Of a stretch of DNA of 64,000 bases, positions 10,657 through 23,199 are shown piece by piece. A model generated the notes under the pieces. It was given only the letters and a program-made list of their open reading frames with translations. It was not told the DNA's origin and did no database searches. The stretch is taken from positions 1,454,565-1,518,564 of the forward strand of contig JAWQFM010000004.1 in assembly GCA_033442325.1 (NCBI GenBank), given 5' to 3'. Made by a program: the position numbers and the translations under genes. Numbering within the stretch: position 1 is the first letter of the stretch; each line of letters begins with the position of its first letter. Origin of the DNA: Salpingoeca rosetta (Eukaryota; Protista; Choanoflagellata).

Positions 10657-13600
10657 GTGTGTATGTGCATGCGTGCACAGATGCTCCTGCAACTCCATTC
10701 TGCATGAGCACGCGTGCGCTTCCCTCAACCACGTCCTCAACCAGCCAAACAACCACCCCCTCCCCCTTGCAACAGGTTTGTGTCACGGGAGAGTGCCGAG
10801 CTGATGGTCCGCCTGTACGACCAGCGAGAGGTGCTGGGCACGAAGCTCAACGTGTTCCCAGACCCAAAGGCAAAGAACTGGAAGAGCAAGGGCAAAGGCA
10901 CCACGTGCTCCTCCCCTGCATCACCAACATCCACCACGCCGGCGCCTGTTGCGGGCCAGGCACAGCGCACCACGTTCTATCTGACCGAGGCAGCCAGGCA
11001 GCGTGACGTCAAAAGGCCTAACTGCCGCCATGCCCTGGCCCACCGACACGAACCGCAGCGTGCAGGCGACGCTGGAGCGCGCAGGCGTCAACGTCCAGTC
11101 GCTGCAGGTCTTCCCGGACCTGTGCTGTGCAAGCGTTGACGTGGTTGCCGACAGCGAGGAGACGTTCAGGAGCCTGCTGCCACTACCCATTGACACGGCA
11201 GCGAGCGCCTGTCGTCTGGAGGCGCGCCAGGCACCGCTGCACCGCATTGTTGTCACCTGCACCCCGCGCAGCAAGCCCACCACAGGCCGCGACATTGTGC
11301 AGGCGTTTGAGACGAACTTTGGCGGCAAGGCGAAGCTTGTGCCCATCCCACAGTCCCTCAAGGACACGCTGTCCCACATCCATCCGTTTGCCAACACGCG
11401 CATGGCTGAACAAGAACAAGAACAAGGAGCACAGCAGCAGCAGCAGGGTGGAGGTGGTAGTGAGGAACACGATGCTGATGCGATGCCAAATGCTGTGCAC
11501 GACCCTCATCAGTACAAGAAAGACGGCGATGCTGGCAGCGACGACAGCAAGAGCAGCAAAAGCGGCGGCGCGTCCTCTGAGACCACGCTGCAGCGCGTGT
11601 TTGTGCTGGAGACGACAGACACGCGTGCGGCGCATGCGTGCGTGCGCAAGATACAGTTTGCCATCTCTGTCTCGCACAAGTTTGTGGCGCGGCTGTGCTA
11701 CCCAAACGACGTGCACGTGGCAGTGCTCGACCCCAAGTTGGGCGGCCTCCTGTCGGACCTCGTCGACGCATTCAACAAGGGCAGCGTGGCCAAGGACCTT
11801 GATGTGCTGGCGGCTGTAACCATGGGCAACCACATCTGCTTCACAGGCAGCACTGCCGTGCTGGTGTGGTCGCAGGCCAAGCTGCTTGCAAGCTTCCTCG
11901 CGCCCGCCTTCCGCCCGTTTGCCCGCAGCGACCGCGTGCTGGGCGACGACAAGATCATGGAGCACGTGCTGAACGACTACGGCTTCAAGCTGGTCCGCTA
12001 CCCGACGCTTGGCCTGCTGCCCTACGCAGACACGGCACACGGGGCCATGCGGGATGTGGAGTTTGTGCGGCCGCCACCCGTCACCAGCATCCCGCCCATC
12101 GCATCACCCGTGGCACCCCAGCAGGCGCTTATACACACGTGCGACCTGGACGGCGGGGCGCCATACTGCTGGAGTACTCGCTGTACTACTACCTGGACCA
12201 GGACAGGGAGCGCGGGCTCAGCTACATCAACAGCACCGTCGGCGCCAACATCAAGTCGCAGACGACGATCAGCGTCACGGGCATGCAATACCGCTTCCTG
12301 GACTCGCAGCTGCTTGAGCTGGCCCGAAAGTTCCGCGTGTATGTGCGCAAGCCCAGCGCGGAGGACAGGGACGCGTGCGCCTCAAGCGTGCCCATGACCG
12401 TGGAGGGCATGCAGCGGCAGCTGACGGCGTTTGACAACGCGGTGCAGGACACGCTCAAGGACTACATGTGCCACATGCTCGGCCTGCCGGTCATTGACAC
12501 GTCGCACGTGCCGGAGATGTCCGAGGCGGACCTCACCTTCCTGAAGCGCAAGCTGTTCAATTACCTGACCAAGGCCGGCCGCACGGTGTGCCGCAGCAAG
12601 GACGACGTGGTGAGCTACATTGCGCCACAGGACGTGATTGGCACGCCCACTGAGCGCAACGTGTGGATGGATGGTGGCTGGCTGGTGCGATGTAATGCAG
12701 ACGGTCATCCCGACGACGGAGTCGACGTTCCACACCATCGCCCACATCCAGCCCACGTGGTACGTGTGCCAGGTGCCCATGTCCGTGGCCAAGGAGCTGG
12801 TTGCTGGACAGCAACCTGAAGCGGCTGCGCAAGAAGGCGTTGGTGCTGATGCCGGTTATACCGCAAGCACGGGCGCTCCTTCGGCAACTGCAAATGCTTC
12901 TGCTGCCACTGCTTCTTCTGCTCCTTCTGCTGCTGGCGACGATGGCGCAAGCCGCGCACGCAGGAGTAACATCACAACAGCGAGCAAAGGGTGTGTATGA
13001 TTCTGGCAGGGGCGACAGCCTGTCAACTTCAGTGCCCACGCCGTGCTTAAAGGCCCGCGCATGGAAGTGGTGGCGGCGTCGGAAGTGATGTTGCTGACCA
13101 CGTACGAGAGGCTGTTCCCGGCCAAGGTGAAGCAGGCCGTGTGGGAGGTGGAGCCATACCAGTACCACACCATCAGCGAGACGCTGCTCGCGGTGCAGCT
13201 GCATGCGGAGATTCGCGAGGGAAGCATCACCAACGACCGCGACATGAACGCCGAGAGGAGCGGCCCCCTTGCGGTACAACGAGGCGCGCGTGACCACGTC
13301 CGGTGCGCTGGCCCTCTCGTCCAACATTGAGCACGTGCTGCACGTGGTTGCGCCAAACTTTGCACCCGAGTTTGGCATGGCAGCACGGTGGCGCAGACGG
13401 CTGCGGACCTGAAGACGGCGTACCGCGCGCTGCTGACGACGGCGCGGGACAACAACATCCGCTCCCTCGCCACGTGCGCGCTCGGGTGCGGCGCTTTCCG
13501 CTGTTTGAGGTGATTGACGAGGTGGACCGCGACGGCACGTTCTTTCTTCGACACCATCCGCGTGGCCATCATCACCAAGGACGTGAGCACGCTGTCGGCG

Positions 13601-14754
13601 TTTAAGCAGCCGTTTGAGAAGTACAATGGCGAGAAGGTGGGCAGCGGGCTGTATGAGGACCTGTAGCGCAGCGCACTGAATGCGCCGGCCAGCTGACCCC
13701 ATCCACACGTGGCTGTATACGGGGCCCACGTACACGGTGCCGCCCTCCAATGCGGAGCTGGACAACAAGGCCGCATGGAACGGGTTAACGCACGACGCGA
13801 CGCTGCTGGTTGAGAACGCCTTCAACAAGTACCGCGCTGGAAGTCGGTGCGCTCTTCTTCAAGATCCAGTGGTTGACGGCTACTTCACGGTGGACCTCCA
13901 GGAACACTGGGTGTACGTGAGTGGAGCACGTGGGCATGCGCAAGAACGACCTGCGCCTGAGATTGAGCGTGCGGCGGGTGGTGGACGAGCAGCGGTCGAA
14001 GCTGGAGCCACAGGCCATCTTTGAGCTTCCTGACCGCTGGGACATGCGCAAGGGCCAGTTGCTTGTTGACGTGTCCAGCGAGGACGAGCTGGGTCGTGTG
14101 TGTGCGCGCCCCCAGTTGGAGCCGCTTCTCCCCCGAAACATGCGCGTGCAGCGCGTGCAGAAGGTGCCGCTGTTCAAGCGGTACTTGGAGAGCGTGCACC
14201 GCGTGCACTGGCGGCCCGCGCCACCAAGCCTGCCCAACGACATTACGCCGCTCTCTGGCGACGATGACGACAACATCGTGTTTGCGCACCGCCTGCTGCA
14301 CGTCATCTGCAAGAGCGAGCTTGGCCTGACGATCAATTACGCCAGCGCTGAGGGCTACTTTGGCTCCGGCCTGTATTTCAGTCACGACCCGTCGTTTGCT
14401 GTCAAGTATGGCCACCACGAGGGCAGCGCAAAAGACAAGAACGACACCACCAGCGAGCGGCGCGTGTATGTCGATGTATCGGCGCCGCAGTCGAATGACG
14501 TTGCCTGCTGCTGCTGCTCGCCATGGTGGTGACGAAGGAGAAGGAAGTGGCCGAGTTGCTGCTGGTGAAGGACCTCGGGTGGTGCTGAGAGTCCTGGTGG
14601 CCGCACGACTGCTTTTGCTGCTGCTGGGAGCGTGTTGTACGATTCCGCTCGCGGTTTCGACAGCGATACGGACATGTTTGTCATCTACGACAACGGCATG
14701 TGCTACCCGGAGTACATCATCTGCTTGACGATGATGTCACACGCTGCACATTAA
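10105..14754 (+). pseudogene. Macro-WWE-PARP (PARP14-like mono-ADP-ribosyltransferase) gene with multiple frameshifts; 5' end approximate
   Basis: Macro: IREGSIT, HVLHVVAPNF, LKTAYRALL..IRSLATCALGCGAF (~13200-13660). WWE-like: W..LVENAF..FTVDL (~13700-13960). ART: YFGSGLYFS..AVKY and DMFVIYDNGMCYPEYII, with TAA at 14752. Confidence 0.8.
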
Positions 14755-14960
14755 TCATCGCCGCCGCCCGGGGATGAACCTGTGATTCCTTTAAATAGGG
14801 TGGTTGAGAGCCCTGGGTCCTTTATCCGGTTTGTGACCATACGGCGCAACCGTCGAGCGGATAGCATGAGACAACACTGCCTTGTCCTATCGCTGTTACG
14901 GTATGCCACGCGAGATAGCCCCTCTGCACCGGCGGCAGGGGGCACGGGATGTCGGTAGTG

Positions 14961-15016
<56 letters not shown>

Positions 15017-15505
15017 GACTGTTGAACCATCTTTAATTTTCTTCTTTGTTGTGTCTTATGTGAGTGGAAACATGCTTGCACTCCGCGCACTCGTTCTTGA
15101 TTGAGTGTGCGCGTTGCCAACAAGTTTAACCGTGGCAGTTGTTGTGAACGGAAATGAAATTCACGTGTGTATGAACGGGGCAATGAAAGTCGAGTGCGTG
15201 GGTGGAACAGAGGATGTGTGTGTGCGTGCGGTTGAACCCGTGTTGACACCCCATGTTGATGTCAGGAGAATGGAAGTTCATTGACTTGCGTGCTGATGAC
15301 TCGCATGTCCTGGAAGTGTTGCCTCTACCCCAGCATGAACACTTTGCGTTCCGCAGTTGTGGAACAGCTTCTTCCGCTATCCAAAAGCGTGTACTCGGTT
15401 GAGGGTTTGAGTCGTTTCATGCGGTCACAGGGATTGAAGGAGGAACATTGGTTGATGCAAGCAGGGATGAAAAGAAGGGGAAAGGTGCAGAAAGGGCACA
15501 CGCAT

Positions 15506-15572
<67 letters not shown>

Positions 15573-15573
<1 letters not shown>

Positions 15574-16870
15574 CAGCAGCCCGGGTCAATGACGAGGACG
15601 GACTCAGCATAGTGTGGGATGCCTAGATGAGGCCGTTTGGAGCGAGCACGCCACCGTACCACTTGCCAAGCCCTGAAAGATCGTTGATGGTTGTTGTGTC
15701 TGTCGCATTGGTGGCTGGATCGAAGATGAGGACTGACGACGAGCTGACTGGGATGCCAATGATGTTGCCGTTGGGTGCAAGCACGCCGCCGATCCACCTG
15801 TAACCCGATGTCGCATCTGCAATGACGAGCTTATCCGCGATGTTGGTGGCCGGGTTGATGACGAGCGTAGTTGCTGAGTAAATTGGTATTGTGTAGATGA
15901 GCCCGTTCCTTGCCAGCACACCGCCCCACCACTTGTATTCCATGGAGCCAAGCCCACTGATGGTTGTGAGGTCCATTGTCAGGGACTCTGGGTTGATGAT
16001 GAGGACAGAGGAAGGCACAGTGGGAATGCAGTAGATGAGGCCGTTGTCTGCCTCAACACCGTCATACCATTTCGAGCTCTGGCTCCACAGCCCGGACAGC
16101 GTGGTGGTGTCTGTCGTATTTGTCTCTGGATCAATGACCAGCACAGCGTCGTCGAAGTATGGGACACCGAAGATGAGACCGTTGCTTGCCACCACGCCAC
16201 TCCACCACTTGGAGGTGCCAGAACCGAGCGAGTGGATGCTTGTAGTGTCAGCCGTATTGGTGTCTGGATCGATGATGAGCATCGTCTCCCTGTCTGATGC
16301 AAACATGTAAATCAGGCTGTTGTGTGCGAGCACGGCACCAGCCCATTTGCCGTAGTCCGTTCCAAGTCCGGAGATGGTGGTCGTGTCGACGGTGTTGGTG
16401 GTGGGGTCGACGATGAGCACAGAAGGAGAGTGGTATGGTACGGCATAGATCAGGCCGTTGTTGGCCACCACACCCCCAAGCCACTTCGCACTCAGTGAGT
16501 CAAGCTGACCAAACGTCGTGGCACTTGGGGTGCACACTTCGCCACGGACACGGTCAATCGCCCTCTGCTGAGCCGAAATCGCACTCCGTTGTGCATCGAT
16601 CACGCCCTCCTGCGCAGCGTTCAGGCTCTGCTGCGCCGACACAGTACTCATCAACATGCCGAGCGTCTCGTGCACATTCATCCCGTTCACGAACACGGGC
16701 TGGCTCATTGGATCGCTGGTGTTGATGTGAAACGCGCCCGCATCATCCTCCACCAGCGTCACCTCTCCAACGACGCTGCTGATGAGCGGCACCAAGCACA
16801 CTGCCGCCGCCACCAGGAGTGCGGGGAGCAGCAGCACCCCACGTGCCTGCAGGCACCCCATCGTTCTCAT
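15573..16870 (-). pseudogene. Beta-propeller repeat family copy 3, with a 1-nt deletion in the last repeat
   Basis: Close paralog of 6815-8110. ATC TA- GGC ATC at ~15624 creates a stop, and GIPHYAESVLVIDPGC continues in another frame. Could be a sequencing error. Confidence 0.85.
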
Positions 16871-17345
16871 CGTTCAAAAAGAGAAGAGAGAAGAGTGGAA
16901 GAAGGAAAGAACAGAAGTAGGAGTTAAGTGTGCCTCCCTCCTTCCCCGTTCGCGTGGCTGTAGCTGTTCGCAGGACAGACACAGCACCAAGAGAAGAGAC
17001 AGCAGGATTGGTGCGGTTTGTTGGTTGTTGTTTGTGGCGTTTTGGCTGGTTGTGGTTGTGGACGATTGTTGGGAGTCGTGCATTGGATTTCTAGCCACAC
17101 ACACACAAGTTCACTGTTGTGTGTGTGTTGTTGTGGCAAGCAAGGAAGCACGTTGAAACGCATCCATCCCATCCATCCATCCATCCATCCATCCCTCAGC
17201 CTTCCTTCTCATCACTGGACCAACAAGGACAGAGCACACACGGCACACAGCTTCATCACGCAGTGCAAAAGGAGGGCGTGAATTGAACTGATGTCAAGGA
17301 GGCAGGCATCGTGACCGAAGACAACCTGTTCATCCAAAGGTGTGT
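15573..17345 (-). repeat. Segmental duplicate of 6815-8645 (gene plus ~500 bp upstream)
   Basis: Upstream blocks align, e.g. caagttcactgttgtgtgtg, gcacgttgaaacgcatccatcc and cacgcagtgcaaa..agggcgtgaattgaac. Confidence 0.9.
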
Positions 17346-17659
17346 GTGTGTGTGAGTGTGAGGTCATTCCATTGCATTGCATCACATTGCATTGCATTGC
17401 ATTGCTTAGCCTTATCTGCGCAACACACGTACACGCATACGCTCACATACATCACACATTGTTCCAACGACACGTGCTCACGCCCATCTGCCTCCCTTCC
17501 ATCACCCCCAGCTTGTGCTGGTGCACCTTACCTCCTCTCGTGCCTGACGTCGCGTCTGTTGTCGTGTCGTTCTCGTCCTCCCACCACCACCTTCTCCACG
17601 CTGCCTCGTGCCTCTGTGAACATAGTGTCCATGCAGACAAGGACGCACACAGGTGCACC

Positions 17660-20600
17660 TGATGTACGCACGTGATGGAGCTGTCCCTCGCTGTCCAAGA
17701 CACTCCCCAGCCACTGCTGCAAGTATCATTGGGCGTGTGCCTTTCCTCCCTCCAGTCTGGTTGGCACCAGCGTGCATGCGTGCAGCGCCAAATCCTCCCC
17801 ACCAACACGGCTCCTCGCCAGGACAGATACAAACATGCGTGATGTCGAGTGTGGGCCAGCTGTCCTTGCCAGACGGTGGATGGAGGAGCAGAAGAACAAC
17901 GTGAAACTGCTACTGCTGCATGTGGCCACTTGACTCCAACTCCACTACCACCACCACAACAACAACCAAGGCAGCCCCGCAGGCAAAGTCCACCGTGTTG
18001 TGTGGCTCGTGTGCTCAGAGCATTGCGGCCATCGTATGCGACAGCAGCGTGCGGGGCCAACGGTGATCAAGGCCACACTCATGATCGAACACGAGACGGT
18101 GGCTGTCGAACACCTTGCAGAGGTGTCACGCGATGAGCTGGCAGACATTGTACGCGAGGGCGGGTACTCCGTTGAAATCATCTCACCGCCACAGCAGCGT
18201 GAGTAACAGCAGGCTGTTGATGAGGTGCCCACGTCCTCCACTTCAGTTTCGAGCACACCCGACAAGGGAGGAATCGGCGCCCTCCGACAACCACCAAGAT
18301 GCTTTTGCCGACACTCTTCGGAAAGCCATCAACCCACGCCAGCACAGCAGCAGCTCCTCACGCCTCTGGGGTGCGTGCATGCACTTGCGTGTGCACTTAT
18401 GTGTGTGTGTGTGCATCCTTACTTCGGTACTTCCTCACTTCCACAAATAATTCTCGTTGGTACACACTGCATCTACCACTGCGCTGCACCACAGGCATGT
18501 CGTGCGCCTCATGCGTACCCAACATTTAGGGCGCATGCCTCGGCGTGCACAGCAATGTGTCGTGTGGGCCTGCTCGCTGGCACCGCGCCGGTGAAGCCCT
18601 GCACCCATCATCGCCAGCATTGGCGAGGTCGGCGGATACAAAGGCCCGCGAGGAAACGCACGCATCAACAAGACATGACGTACCGCAGCATAAGGTATGC
18701 GATGTGTGAAGCACTGCATCTCTGCTTGTCTCTTTGGCTTGCATGCACGCACGGTTGCTTGTATGTACACATGCCTGCCGCCGCTTCAACCTCTCTTTCT
18801 CCTGCTGCCGCCGTCGTTGTTGCTGGACACGCATTACAGGCGACGCTGAGGACCCTGCCCGGTGTTCAAACGGTGCAGATTGATGGTGCGTCGTGCCGTG
18901 TGGAAGTCAAGCACGAGACCTACGCAACGGGGCCCACGCGACATGATCACGTGCGCATGTGTGTGCGTGTGTGTGTGTGTGTATGTGAGTGTGTGTTTCT
19001 GTACTTGTACGTGTCGCTTCGTCTTGCTTCTTCTCTGCTTCCCCCTCCAACCGCATCCCTTCAACGGACTCTGTGTCTGCCCTTGCTGCAATGTCTTCTT
19101 GCCACCACCACTTGCTCACAAGAACGCCCTGTGTTATTCACCTCACACAACCCCCCATTCGTGACTGCAGCACGCTGAAGGATGCCGGGTACGTGAGGGA
19201 GCTGCACCACGAAGCACCGCCACCCACAGGAGCGAGATCCGCTTCTGCCCCATCACCTTCATCGTGTGCACCACCGTGTTTCTTCGTCGCGTCCACCATC
19301 ATTGCTGCCGCGTGTGGCCAGACTCCTGGGATGCGCGCATCGTCGATGACATGTCGCAACGCATAACCTCATCCTCATGCTGCTGGGCCTAATCTCCTTC
19401 ATTTTCCCGGTCAGCCGTTGTCTCGTCTCCGCGGTGCAGTCCACCATGCACGGTGCTGCCAACATGCATGTGGTATGTGTGTGTCTGTGAGTGTGTGTGT
19501 GTGTGTGCATGTGTGTGTGGTTTGTTGCGACCACTTCCGCGCGTTCTCTTCACGTCCACCACTGCAGTGAACAAGAGAGCGTTACCGTGCCTTCTTTGCT
19601 CACGTTTGCATGCGTACACACATATTGCTGATCCACCCGCACTTACCCTTGCGTTGCTGCAAATCCACCACAGGGCTGCATACTTGTGCTCCCTTGTCGT
19701 CCTCATTGTTGCCGCCGCCTCCCACGAAGGCTCTGACTGGTGGTGGCGGTGGCGACCTCTTCTTTGGAGACCGGCACTCTCTTCTTCACCTTTATATCGC
19801 TCGGGCGGTACATCGAACACCTCGCCAAAGGCAACACCTCCAGCCTGCCGAAGGAAGGTACAGTCAAGGCAATCGCGTGGAGGAGTGAATTGACACCGGG
19901 CTCGTGCAGCGCGGCGACAAACTGAAGGTGCGTGATGAGGGTTGGGTGTTGGAGTTGGTGGTGGTGCTTATATGTGGTGGTGGGTGATGGGCGGGTGGTT
20001 GGTTGTAGCAGCAGCAGCAGCAGTGTGGCAGTTGTCGCAGCCCTCAGCTGCGGTTGTGGCAGCCGCCAGATAATGCACTGTCACTGCATCTCGCTCATCT
20101 TCCCTCACATTCTTGGTTGCAGATGGTGGCTGGTGACAAAGTGCCTGTGAATTGATTGGATGGACGCGTGCCAGAGAGTGCAGGTGAAACGGACGAGGCC
20201 ATGATCACGGGGCGAATCAACACTCGTCTCGTCTCCAAAGGCGTTGACGGCATTGTCGTATGGACGGCACCATGGTGCATCGTTTCGAGGCCACGCATGT
20301 TGACAACGAGAATGCACAGCTGTCAAAGGCGCCCATCCAGCAGGTGTGTATGTACTGGATACGACACGCTACACCACCGTTCACGCGTGCCTAAGATGTA
20401 TTTCTGCTTACCACGCAACGGGGCCCACGCGACATGATCACGTGCGCATGTGTGTGCGTGTGTGTGTGTGTGTATGTGAGTGTGTGTTTCTGTACTTGTA
20501 CGTGTCGCTTCGTCTTGCTTCTTCTCTGCTTCCCCCTCCAACCGCATCCCTTCAACGGACTCTGTGTCTGCCCTTGCTGCAATGTCTTCTTGCCACCACC

Positions 20601-22065
20601 ACTTGCTCACAAGAACGCCCTGTGTTATTCACCTCACACAACCCCCCATTCGTGACTGCAGCACGCTGAAGGATGCCGGGTACGTGAGGGAGCTGCACCA
20701 CGAAGCACCGCCACCCACAGGAGCGAGATCCGCTTCTGCCCCATCACCTTCATCGTGTGCACCACCGTGTTTCTTCGTCGCGTCCACCATCATTGCTGCC
20801 GCGTGTGGCCAGACTCCTGGGATGCGCGCATCGTCGATGACATGTCGCAACGCATAACCTCATCCTCATGCTGCTGGGCCTAATCTCCTTCATTTTCCCG
20901 GTCAGCCGTTGTCTCGTCTCCGCGGTGCAGTCCACCATGCACGGTGCTGCCAACATGCATGTGGTATGTGTGTGTCTGTGAGTGTGTGTGTGTGTGTGCA
21001 TGTGTGTGTGGTTTGTTGCGACCACTTCCGCGCGTTCTCTTCACGTCCACCACTGCAGTGAACAAGAGAGCGTTACACATGCCTTCTTTGCTCACGTTTG
21101 CATGCGTGCACACATGTCGCTGATCCACACGCACTTGCTCTTGCGTTATTACAAATCCGCCACAGGGCTGCATGGTGATACTCATTGTTGCACCCGCCTC
21201 CCACGAAGGCTCTGACTGGTGGTGGTGGTGGCGACCGCTTCATTCAGACCGGCATTCTCCCTCTTCACCAGCACCTTTGTTTCGCTCGGGCGGTACATCG
21301 AACACCTCGCCAAAGGCAGCACCTCCAGCCTGCCGAAGGACGATAGTCAAGGCAACCGCGTGGAGGAGCGAATTGACACCGAGCTCGTGCAGCGCGGCGA
21401 CGACCTGAAGGTGCGTGATGACGGGGTGGGTGTTGAAGTTCGTGGTGGTGCGTAACATGGTGGTGGTGGGTGATGGCGGGTGGTTGGTTGTAGCTGCTGC
21501 AGCAGCAATGTGGCAGTTGTTGCAACCCTCAGCTGAGATTGTGGCAGCAGCCCGATACTGCACTGTCGTTGCATCTCGTTCACCTTTCCTCACGTTCTTG
21601 GATGTAGGTGGTGGCTGGTGACAAAGTGTGTGTGGATTGGATGGACGCGTGCTGGAGGGTGCAGGTGAAATGGACGAGGCCATGATCACGGGGCAAATCA
21701 AATCCCGTCTCGTCTCCAAAGGCGTTGATGACATTGTCATTTGGGCGGCACCATGGTGCATGGTCTTCGAGGCCACGCACGTTGGCAGTGAGAATGCACA
21801 GCTGTCAAAGGCGCCCATCCAGTAGGTGTGTGTGTGTGTGTGTGGTGGAAACAACATGCTAAACCACCGGTTCACACGTGCCTGTCACTGTTTCTGCAGA
21901 CATTCCCACTCACACACGTACCCACACACCCTCTCCTTTCCTTTCCCTCCTTTTTCTTTCCCAGATAAGCTGGCGGGGCGCTTTGTGTCAGGCATCGTGC
22001 TGCTGTTGGTGTGTGGGTTGCGCCGCTGACCTCGGGTGCCGCTGACAAATTGGAGCTCACGTTCG

Positions 22066-22097
<32 letters not shown>

Positions 22098-23130
22098 CTG
22101 TCTGTGTGTGGTGCTTCGTACTGGTGCTCGCGAGTCGTGGTTAGAGAACACTCACACACTCACTCACTCACAACTCCATGCCCACACTCACCTTCACACT
22201 CACACACACACACACACACACTCTCTCTCTCTCACACCCACTCAACTCCCCCTCCCCACAGGCCGTGCTTGACAAGACGAGAACGCTGACGGTTGGATCG
22301 CCAAAAGCCACGTGTGTGCGCGTGCTCGGCGATGGTCACACGTGGACGGAGGACGGCACCCCGTCGAAGCTGGTGGCGACTGCAGAGGCAAACAGCGAGC
22401 ATGCCCTGGGCCAGGCGATTATGGCGCACGTCGGCGCTGTCTCCGGCAACGGACTTCCAGACGGTCTCTGGTCGGGGGCATCTCAGCAACCGTGGACAGC
22501 ATGCCCATTGTCATTGGCATGTACATTGTGGTGTTGGCAATCCCACGCCATCAGCGGCAAGTAGCGGCAGACGATGCACGAAGACGATGAGACGCGTGGC
22601 TGCACGGTTGTTGGGTGCTCGGCAGACGGCAAGCTTCTGCCTGGGCTACGTTTGTGCGCGCTGACACGCGCAAGCCCTAAAGGTGAAGAGAGCGGTGCGC
22701 CTGCTGCACCAGCACGGCTTGCGCCTGGTCATGCTCACGGGCGACAACGAGGGCACTGCGCGGTCCATTTGGGGCAGAGGTTGGCATCGACAACGCGCTC
22801 GCAGCAGCGTGCAAGAGCTGCAGGCGCAAGGGCGACATCGTGGTGGTCGTTGACAACGGCATCAACATTGAGTCAGCGGACGTCGTTCTGATGATCAAGG
22901 ACAACCTGCTTGCTGGAGGTGTTTTCTGGCCATGCACCTGTTGCATGCGACCGTGCGCCTCCTCCACTACAAGGTTCATCTGGGCCGTGTGGTGCAGGTG
23001 GTGGATGCTGCGACGCGTGCGCTGCTGTTGCATCCTTGAGCAACCCCGCTGACGTTTGTGGCTTCGCGGCTTTGCGGCCGCAGCCATCCACTGGTCGTGG
23101 CAAGTGGCCACCTCTTCAGCAACGCTTACG
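17660..23130 (+). pseudogene. Copper-transporting P1B-ATPase (ATP7-like), decayed with introns retained; ends approximate
   Basis: HMA-like pieces, HGAANM, FISLGRYIEHLAKG, ELVQRGDDLKV, DEAMITG, SKAPIQ, DKTRTLT (22271; consensus DKTGTLT), EANSEHALG, MLTGDN and ESADVVL. Many stops and frameshifts. Confidence 0.9.
18922..21870 (+). repeat. Tandem duplication, 1491-bp period, inside the ATPase pseudogene
   Basis: Identical ORFs are offset by 1491 (18989/20480, 19138/20629). Confidence 0.93.
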
Positions 23131-23199
23131 ACGAAGTGCACACGATCCGCCAAATCGCCAGCGTGCACGTCTCGGAGATCCAATCCATCGCATCAGCCA

